Source: Octopus vulgaris (lineage: Eukaryota). Taken from it: 64,000 nucleotides of DNA. Where the stretch lies: contig OX597818.1 in NCBI GenBank assembly GCA_951406725.2, positions 96,534,001-96,598,000 of the forward strand. Reading direction: 5' to 3'. The notes below the pieces were generated by a model, which was not told the DNA's origin, searched no databases, and saw only the letters and a program-made list of their open reading frames with translations. Made by a program: the position numbers and the translations under genes. This document shows, in pieces, positions 54,129 through 64,000 of the stretch. Within the stretch, counting starts at the first letter, position 1, and every line of letters starts with the position of its first letter.

Positions 54129-55699
54129 GAAACGTTCAACCATCTTTTTTTCATACGCTGAGCGTCTGCTAAGACTTTACATGACCACATCCTCGCATTA
54201 TTGTTTTTTGTGTTTGCTGTTGTTCTTATTTTGGATTTAATGTATATATATATATATATATATAATGTATAAACATTTATATTGTGTGGATGGGTTTGTG
54301 TGCGTATGTATAATGTCTTTATGTGGGTTTATATGGGTAGAGGAGAATACTTACAGAGTTCACTTATTCGTTCGATGTTCATGCTTCAGTTCATCTGCAC
54401 TTCAACAATAAGTAAAATAATATGGTTGATTTGCAATACTAAATAAAATAACATGGCTTTCTTTTCTTGTACGTTGATCACGTGAAACAATCTCGCTGCA
54501 TACTGTATCTCTCTCACAATTCTCTTTATTATTTCTTTCTTTCTTCATTTCCTTTCTTTCTTTCTCTTTATCCAGGTCAATCGTTTATCATTCTCTCTCT
54601 CCTTTATACACATACTCTATCTCTCTCTCATTTACACACATACTCTCTCTCTTTCTTTCTCTCTCAAAAAGAAGTACATACTCTCTCTCTCTCTCTCTCT
54701 CTCTCAAAAACACAAATTCTCTGTTCTCTCTTTTTCTATATATCGCCAGCAACATCAATTTTTTCTTATTCTATCCGTGATAACGTCATCACTCTTGTTA
54801 GATAATTATTTTACTCATTACAGCTGCTTTTAACTCTCCTTCTTTTTGATTACTCCCACTTTACTTTATATTTTTAGAAGTTAGGAAATTGAGGATGGAC
54901 AATGCAAATTACTATTCCAGCCCCCACCCAGACTTGTAAGATTGATATATTTCATATTGAGCTTCAATCTTTGTACGCCAATGTTTGGATGAAAAGTTTG
55001 GACGTGATGAGAGTGAATACCAGGATGTTAGCTTTCTAGAGAGAAAGGATTGAGAAAACAAACGGAATTAGCTCGTATAGTCCGAATGAATCCACAGGAA
55101 CAACGCAAACGCTTCCCTTCAGTTCTTTCTCTACAGTTCATTAATCATGTAGGATTATTGTATTCCTTATATATATTTGTGTTGGTTTATCATGCATCGA
55201 TACGCAAGTCACCAAATTGCTTTCTCATTGGTGTTCGTTCCATGTACACCTTGAAACGGTGTACTTTATCTACTATTTCTGAAACATCTGGATAGTGAAG
55301 AGGGTCACTAACGCAGTCACTAACGAAAATTCCAATTTTCCCTCTTTTTCTTTTCACGATGATATTACAGATGTATTAAATACATTCGTCATAATGCAGA
55401 TGGATTGCGTCACAACGTCGAATGAATAAATAAACTATTTGTATTTTCCTGTTTGTACGCTCACACAAAGCTACATAAACACTGTTAAAACGTCATTTCG
55501 AATTGCCTGTCGCTTTTTGATCACAACGGACGAAAAGCTTTCGTTAAAGATGAAGCCCGAAAGAGCAGATCTCCAACCTGTGCCTCATGTGCGAGAAACA
55601 CCAAATGCTGGCTCAATCAGCAGAAGAGAGAATATCATAAATCTATGATTTACTGACAACTTTGATGAAATAGAAGGAAGTATTGATAATTCGGCACAT

Positions 55700-55945
55700 A
55701 TAAACAGCTGTCTTGATAAAGCGTTCATCAAATTTTGGATGGAAATTAGCACAAAGATGCCAGTAGTATCATCATAACAGATATCTCGCTATAAGAACGG
55801 AAACTAGAGATAGTACAGCAGTCAAATATCTGTGAGCCAAAATCAGATTCCTTTAAGGGCTTCATCGACAATAATTGCACTAACGAAGCCCAATGCAATA
55901 CAGAAAGGTGATGCAACATTAAGAAGACCAAGATCAACGCTACCC
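55700..55945 (+). pseudogene. Possible hAT transposase C-terminal remnant
   Basis: FIKFWMEI, ICE and IIALTKPN patches in the order of the hAT dimerisation domain; weak. Confidence 0.25.
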
Positions 55946-56204
55946 TTCATTTTCTTGCGCCCATATGAGACATGCATTCTTACTACAGATATGAATACAT
56001 AGATATGTGCATACATACACACACATACATATATACATATATATATACATGTATTTGTATATGTATGTGTATATATATGCGTGTGTATAGATACGTATAT
56101 GTGTGTATATATGAATATATCCGTGCATGTGTGTGTGTATATAAATACATATGTGTGTAAAATTATTGTGTATTTATTTATTTATTAATATATGTATGTA
56201 TGTC

Positions 56205-56255
<51 letters not shown>

Positions 56256-56352
56256 AGAGAGAGAGAGAGAGATGTATATATACTTTTTGTTTATTATATG
56301 TAGTGAAGTAAATATGTGAACTAGTATGGTCTCCACCACCTCCCCTCCCAAA

Positions 56353-56399
<47 letters not shown>

Positions 56400-56967
56400 A
56401 TTTCCATCAACATATTTTTATCAAAAGACATGTAATTTACACCTCATTAACACCACCACCCTAAACACACACCTAAAACAGAAAATTATTTAGAGAAAGA
56501 ATCTGGAAAAATATTTCACCATTATATTTGTCACCAAAGGTCAACTATTCAAATGGCTTCACAAAACACTCTTTTAACACTCCACACTTCCAAATTCCAC
56601 CCCCAATCAAGTATCTTGCTTGACCATTCACTGTTTTCTTTCAGCTCTCATTCATCAATACTCTTTCACTCGCACACTGATTAACAAACCCCAACCCTAC
56701 CCCAAGCACACCCAAATCCCATATATAGAATCACAAAGCCCCAAAACCTGAGATCTGTTTGAGAAGGAATGCAAGAAAGTTCTCCAGAAAAGTTAACAAG
56801 GAATTTTTGTAAAAAAAAATCCACACCCAAGTTAACAAAGAACTTACTAGATCAATGAACTAAAATGTAAAATTCATATTATTAAAAAAAAAATTTTAAT
56901 TATAAATTAAACTGATTAGAACTAACTGTACCAAGGATCTCACACATTTTCCGATATACATACATAC

Positions 56968-57037
<70 letters not shown>

Positions 57038-57468
57038 GTATGTATGTATGTATGCATATATACATACAAAACACTCATATTACGTATTATGTGTGCATGT
57101 ATGTGTATGTGATATATATATATATATGCATACACCTATATTACGTATTGTGTGTATGTACGTGCACACACACACGCACACATACATACATACATACATG
57201 CATACATACATACATAAATACATACATACATACATGCATAGATACATACATGCATACAATATATATGTATGCACACATTAAGCATACCTCGCACATTTCT
57301 CTCACCATCCCGGTTACTAATATCATTTTCCCCTTGCACCCGGTCTTACCTTCTTCGCACATATGTCTTCACATCACGCCCCTAACAATTACACGCACGC
57401 TCATGCACCACACTGCTTCCAGATACAGATACACGCTTATATTCATATATATATATATATATAAATAT

Positions 57469-57875
57469 AGGCGCAGGAGTGGCTGTGTGGTAAGTAGCTT
57501 GCTTACCAACTATATGGTTCCGGGTTCAGTCCCACATGCGTGGCACCTTCTACTATAGCATCGGGCCGATCAAAGCCTTGTGAGTGGATTTGGTAGACGG
57601 AAACTGAAAGAATCCCGTCGTATATATGTATATATGTATGTATGTATGTGTGCGTATATGTTTGTGTGTCTGTATTTGTCCCCCCCTCCCAACATCGCTT
57701 GACAACCGATGCTGGTGTGTTTACGTCCCCGTAACTTAGCGGTTCGGCGAAAGAGACCGATGGAATAAGTACTAGGCTTACAAAGAATAAGCCTTGGGGT
57801 CAATTTGCTCGACTAAAGGCGGTGCTCCAGCATGGCCGCAGTCAAATGACTGAAACAAGTGAAAGAGTAAAAGAG
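57469..57875 (+). mobile_element. SINE family C, near full length
   Basis: tRNA-like head (tggctgtgtggt, gggttcagtccc), internal microsatellite and conserved tail. Confidence 0.9.
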
Positions 57876-57993
57876 TATACAACACACTCACTGTTCTTCC
57901 CTTCTTAATTCACCCTCTCCACAAAACAACATTCACACCTCGTCTTGTAACCCTTCGCCCATTCTTCCCTCTCTAACTATTTATTTCTCCTTC

Positions 57994-58028
57994 CTTCTTA
58001 AGAAGGACCAACGTCCGAAACGTTAGAA
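57994..58028 (+). ncRNA. Degenerate minimal hammerhead motif
   Basis: CTTAAGA-a-GGAC(caac)GTCC-GAAA-CGTT-A; core mutated and stem I weak. Confidence 0.35.
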
Positions 58029-58909
58029 TATTTTTCTCTTTCCATTACAGCCTTAAATTAAAACCTTGTTTGATAAACCTTTTTTTTTTTCGTTCTTTAT
58101 TTATAATTCATTATATTTGCACTGTGTGTGTATATATGCGTATATGTATACAAAACAACCGAACCAAATATATGTCGATAAACTGTATACCAGACGAGGA
58201 ACTAAGTTCTGCAGTCGATAAAATCGACAAAAATATAAAATGTGCTCCAGCATGGCTACGATCAAATAATTGGCATCAGTAAAAATATAAAAGAAAGAAA
58301 TACTACATTGGCATCATAAATTAGGCAACATATAACATAAATGTTTTCTATAGTAATTGAATATCTGTTGGAATTGACAATAGCAGAAGATTGGTAAATC
58401 GAGTTAGTTTTGTTTTCCTGCTTGTAGCCATTTTATTTCGCCTTGGCTACTGATTTGTTCAAGCAAGACACAAAGGTTGCACAATCTTATTTTCCCATTC
58501 TTTACGAGACAAAAGGACTCATTAGTTTTAAGAATCTACCTAACTCCGATAATAAAATATGTATGTATGTTTCTCTGGGAACGTGTAAAGACGGGGTTCA
58601 GCGTATGCGTCTGAATGTGTGAGAGTGTGTGTATGTCTAGAAATGCATTTGCCTATATACAACCGTATCAGTATGAGTCCCTGTCATTAAGCGAGGATAT
58701 ACAATATGTAGGTAGAAGTGAGGTGAGTGAAAATAACAAGCATGACTGGTAAGTAAGAAGAATACATCAATCATCCTAAAATGAAGGAACAGGCCTGAGA
58801 GAAAAATAAATAGTTTGCGAGTGTATTGGAGAGAGGAGAAAAAGAGAAAGCGAAAGAGAAAGTAGAAACCAAATAGAAAAAGGAAGAAGGAAGAATACGT
58901 GAGCATGTG

Positions 58910-58948
<39 letters not shown>

Positions 58949-60227
58949 TATTTTCACCCTTACAAAAAGCTGCCATGAAACTAAGTTACGTGGAATGAGT
59001 TAACAAGCAAGATAACTAAGCTATGCATGTTTGGCACCAAAGAATATATCTTGGCCGAAAGCCCTTTCTCGTCAATGTGCAGTTTCGAACTAGTTGGAAA
59101 ATACTCACAAAATTGTTCTGGAAAAGTTCCAATGTATGTATATGGGTGTGTAGATGTACATATACACATACATACATACATTTATATTTATGTACACTCC
59201 CTTGCGCACGCACACACACACATACACACACATAATTATATGCATCTAAATGTGTATATATGTATGTGTATATGCGTGTGTGTGTATATATATATATAGA
59301 GAGAGAGAGATCAATAGATAGATACATACATATATACATACATGCATACATACATATACATATATATATTCATTTATATAATGCACTCATATATGTATAT
59401 AAACATGCCCATACACATAGGCTATATATATAAATGCACAAGTTCACACGTACATACATACATACATACATATACATACATTCTTAACTACATACGTTAG
59501 TGCGAGTCTATCTTTCGAGGAGTGTCTATTTTGGTGCAAATGTGTATTTATGGACATTTTCGAAATATCATCCGTAATATGTGTTACTTTGTCATCGCCC
59601 GATGCACAGACCGCATATAATTTCAGCTATGATTTCAATGGAATCTTCCCGTTTATTTGACTGTCTAATTATAATGCGTTAATGTAACTTATAGAGCTAA
59701 AAGAAGGGCTTCATTTTTGGGATTCTAAATACTTAATTCGGTATAATTTTTTCTCTAAACAAGGCAGAAATGAAGCCGATAACAGATTAAAGAATATGTC
59801 CCCTTTCGTGTATATCTGTGTTTTATTTTTTTATTCTTTTATATTTTTACTCGTTTCACTCACTGGATTACAGCCTTACTGGAGTGCGCTTTGAATGGTT
59901 TACTGGAACAAAATCAATTCCAATACTTATTTGTGCTTCATTTAGAGTCTGGTACGTATGATTTTAGAATCTAGTCGTATTCGCCTTTTGTCGAACCGCA
60001 AAGTTACGGAAACGTAAACAAGCCAACTCCGGTTGTCAGGTGAGGAGAAAACAGAGACATGCACACGCAAACATACATCATATTTGTATGTATGTATGTA
60101 TGTATGTATGTATGTATGTATTTATGTATATATGTATGTATGTCATTATTCAGTTTTATTTCTATGTGTGTATGTATGTACGTACGTATGTATGTATATA
60201 TGCATGTATGTATGTTTGTATGTGTGC

Positions 60228-60258
<31 letters not shown>

Positions 60259-60519
60259 TGTTTGTTTGTTTGTTTGTTTGTTTGTATGTATGCATGTATG
60301 TACGTATGTGCAGCTAAACTAGAAAGCCCTAAACAAGTATTAGCTTTACCAGAATTATAATCCCAATGAATAACAATTCCAAATACCTACATTATGAATA
60401 ACAATTCCAAATACCTACATTACAAGGCATTAGTAGGTCCGGACTGTAGTAAAAGTCACTTAAAACAAAAGCAAAGACGACGATGACGACGATGATTTTT
60501 GGTTCAGACATCTGGCCAA

Positions 60520-60855
60520 TAGTGTTTTACTTTGTGGCGTGGGGTTCAATTGCATCGACTCCAGTTATTGGTTGGTAAATGAAAGGTAAAGATGACTTGG
60601 TGGGGAATTTGAACTCAGAACGTCATGAGCCACAACAAACAATGCACAGGGTTTTGCCTTTGAGTGCAAAACCGACAATTTTCAAGGAAGAGTTAGTCGA
60701 TAAGGTCAACTCCATTACGAGACTAGTACTATATTTTATTGACCTTGAAACGATGAATGACAAAGTTGACCTAGGCGGGATTGAACGCAGAACATAAAGA
60801 GCGAGAACAAATACCGCAAAGTATATTTTTCATCGCTCTATCGACTTCGCCATTT
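60520..60855 (-). mobile_element. Two degenerate SINE family A copies
   Basis: gaaaggtaaagatgact..gaatttgaactcagaacg and caaagttgacctaggcgggattgaacgcagaac. Confidence 0.65.
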
Positions 60856-61222
60856 CACCAAATATGTATAATTTAAAGATTAATGACTCGATCTTCAACA
60901 CAAGTTTTCTGAAATGGTTTTCAAGGACTTTATTCTCCAGCGAATCTAAATATATATTCTTTGTTTATTACATTGCTTTGCATGTTTCAGTTACTGGACT
61001 GTGGCAGTGTTTGAACAAACTGTATAATTAGTAACACATTTGTGTATATTTCTTCGAGCGTATGAAATTAGTGAAGGTATTTTCTAGTGAGTGGCTTTAA
61101 TGGTTGTAAAAAACTATTTCTAGTGAACCAGAGACAAGTGTTATTTCCATATAATATTCGGCTTGTTTTTCTGCATTTGCCTATGCATACTACATAGATT
61201 ACACACACACACACACATACGT

Positions 61223-61367
61223 AGGTGCAGATGTCACTGTGTGGTAAGAAACTTGCTTCCCAACCATGTGGTCTTGGGGTCAGTCCCACTGCGCGGCACC
61301 TTGTGCAAGTTTCTTCCAGGACTATGGCCCTGGTCCAACTAAGGGATTGTGGATATGGTACGTGAAA

Positions 61368-61454
<87 letters not shown>

Positions 61455-61658
61455 CGTCGCTGTGTGTTTGGACCCCAACCACCGCTTGATACCTAGTGTT
61501 GGCTTGTTTGCATACCCGTAACTTAGCTTAGCCTACAGCAAAAGTTAGCCGACAGACCAAGAACCAGGCTTAAGAATAAGTATTGTGGTCGATTTGTTCG
61601 GCTAAAACTTTAAAGAAAGTTCCTTTGCATGGCCACAGTACACAGACTTAAACAAGTC
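61223..61658 (+). mobile_element. SINE family C, degenerate
   Basis: Similarity to 57469-57875. Confidence 0.8.
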
Positions 61659-61823
61659 AGATGTATCTATTTTCCTTCCATTTCCTCTTTATCAATTTAC
61701 TTTTTACGTCAAGATCCCTGTGATTTTTTGCAACTGGCACGGACTTTTTACAACCGTTCACGCGCAATCACATACAGACATGAAAACAGGCATGCATGCA
61801 CGCACGCACACAAACACACACGC

Positions 61824-61861
<38 letters not shown>

Positions 61862-62466
61862 TCACGCACACGCGCGTGCCTGCTCGCTTGTGCCCGTGTA
61901 TACACTCACACATCTGGATACCTGAGTCTGTTTGAATGCGAACATGCGTGCGAATTTGCACGATTATGTGTTTGTTACTCGATTATATTCGTGTAGAGAT
62001 ATTTATGTATCCCGAGAAAAATGTAGGGTTACACGTAAAATATCATTAACTAATACCAGGAATTACATAATTTAGAATTCATATGCACTCATAGGCACAA
62101 ATATCCTACCATCTCTCTATCCATCCACCTATCCATCCATATAAACATACATATATGGTTTAATTTGCTATTAGCCACTTTAATAACTTGTAATTTTCAC
62201 ATTACCATTCTACTGAATCACCAACTGATTCCAATGGTATTTTCTATAAACTGACAATGCGAGTTAGCTTAACCCTAGGCCACGAAGTAGCGTCAAAGAT
62301 GGGGGATATCCGAAATTACAGATCTGACAATCTCGCTTGCTGTATAGAGATTGTCTCCCTTGTCAGTCAATAGATACTACTTTGCCCGTGGCTAAGAATT
62401 GTTTTGACTCTTATTTCTAGCAATACTGGTGCTGACATACATCCTTTGTCACCTTAGTGACGATTG

Positions 62467-62517
<51 letters not shown>

Positions 62518-62556
62518 TCACTCACACACACAGGCACACACGGACACGGACACACA

Positions 62557-62603
<47 letters not shown>

Positions 62604-62604
<1 letters not shown>

Positions 62605-63340
62605 TTATTCTTTTGACTTATTTCAGTTATTCGGCTGTGGCCATACTGGGGCACCGCCTTGAGGAGGTTCGAACAGGTCGACTGCAGTAATTGTTCTTTT
62701 TAAAATTGGTATTTATCTTACTGGCCTCTTAAATTACTAAGACGTAACCAACACTGGTTGTTAAGCAGTGGACAGGAGACAAACTCATCAGAAATACAGG
62801 AACACACAGGTAGATATCTACGACGGCTTCTTACAGTTTCCGTTCACCAGATGCCGTGGTGTGAGACTGAATCCAAGACTATATAGTTGGGAAGCAAGTT
62901 TCTTCCTCATACTGCCACATCAGCGCTTATTGCTATATATAGGCGCAGGATTGTCTGCGGTATGAAGCTTGCTTCCCAACCACACAGTTCCAGGTTCAGT
63001 CCCACTGCGTGGAACCTTGGGCGAGTGTCTTCTACTATAGCCTCGGGCCGACCAAAGACCTGTGAGTGGATTTGGTAGATAGAAACTGAAAGAAGCCCGT
63101 CGTATATGCGTGTGTGTGTGTCTGTGTGTGTGTGTTGTGTGCATGTGCATTTGTGTGTCAGTTCCCCACCATCGCTTGACGACCGATGTTGGTGTGTTTA
63201 CGTCCCCGTAACCTAGCGGTTCGACAAAAGAGACCTATAGAATAAGTACTAGGTTTATAAAGAATAAGTTCTGGGGTTGATTTGTTCGACTAAAGGACTA
63301 AAGGCGGTGCTGAAACAAGTAAAAGAATAAAAGAATAGAA
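62604..63340. mobile_element. Two SINE family C copies head-to-head: 62604-62930 (-) and 62941-63340 (+)
   Basis: Similarity to 57469-57875 on each strand. Confidence 0.82.
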
Positions 63341-64000
63341 GAATATATATATATACATACATAACACAGATGTTTTGCGTTTCACTGCAGCTGTTTCATG
63401 CGTAATGAACAAATATGTTACATCATACAAAAAACCGTTTTCTTAAGGTGAAAAGAGAAAATTAACACTTAGAATTTCTCACAAAATAGAACATAGTGTA
63501 GGAACGACCTACACAACCGGGTTACAGCTGATTGGTGGACTTTGAAGCAGAGATATTATCCATGGCTAAAGAAGGTTACATTCTCGCCAGCTAGACGTTA
63601 TCAGAGCACCCGTTTATCAGGAGTTTATCAACACCGTCTAGTAGATGAGGCCGCAGCCGAAGCAATGGACTTTGCTACGAAACATGTTAAAGATGACATT
63701 AGGTTACACTACGTGATGAGAAGATGGCTTTTTATATCAGGCAAAATCCAGAGGTAACGTGTGAGCCGGTAGAAGCACTTGCTGAACAAGTCATGTGTCA
63801 CAGGAAAATCGTCATGCTTTGATATTTCCGTGAAAGGGATCTTCGGCCACGACTAGAAGGAATAACGATAACTATGCATGAAAACTAGAGGAATACTCAT
63901 GGCGATGCATATCAAATTCCTATCGCCTCTGATGGCCACAGAGGTTGTGAGCAACGACGGATGTGTTATACTGCCGCACCACTTCCGCAGTGTTTCAGGA

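Noticed and set aside
62276-62393. Possible small MITE with imperfect TIRs (taggccacg / cgtggcta)
   Set aside because: The TIR match is short and gapped, and no TSD was found.

Overview
Eukaryotic, AT-rich, microsatellite-saturated non-coding DNA (intron or intergenic). The SINE and repeat landscape is most consistent with an octopod cephalopod; this is an inference. I found no convincing host-gene exon, and almost all ORFs in the track are translations of (TA)n, (CA)n, (TAGA)n, (TACA)n or trinucleotide repeats. The window is a patchwork of mobile DNA: three abundant tRNA-derived SINE families, a mariner, a Gypsy LTR element whose 5' LTR is split by an ORF1-only (HAL1-like) retro-insertion with a 17-bp TSD, RTE and R4/Dong LINE remnants, a Helentron-type non-autonomous element, a MITE and several Penelope-like element (PLE) pieces. 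The most striking signal is a recurring fold-back architecture embedded in microsatellites. A 2.8-kb head-to-head inverted PLE (43046-45837) has intact RT-thumb/GIY-YIG frames and a variant hammerhead ribozyme in each arm. Two small palindromic elements near the start (734-1064 and 1099-1460) also carry minimal hammerhead motifs, and there are further (TA)n-centred inverted duplications. About nine hammerhead-like motifs were found by eye. All coordinates were read manually and may be off by a few bases.
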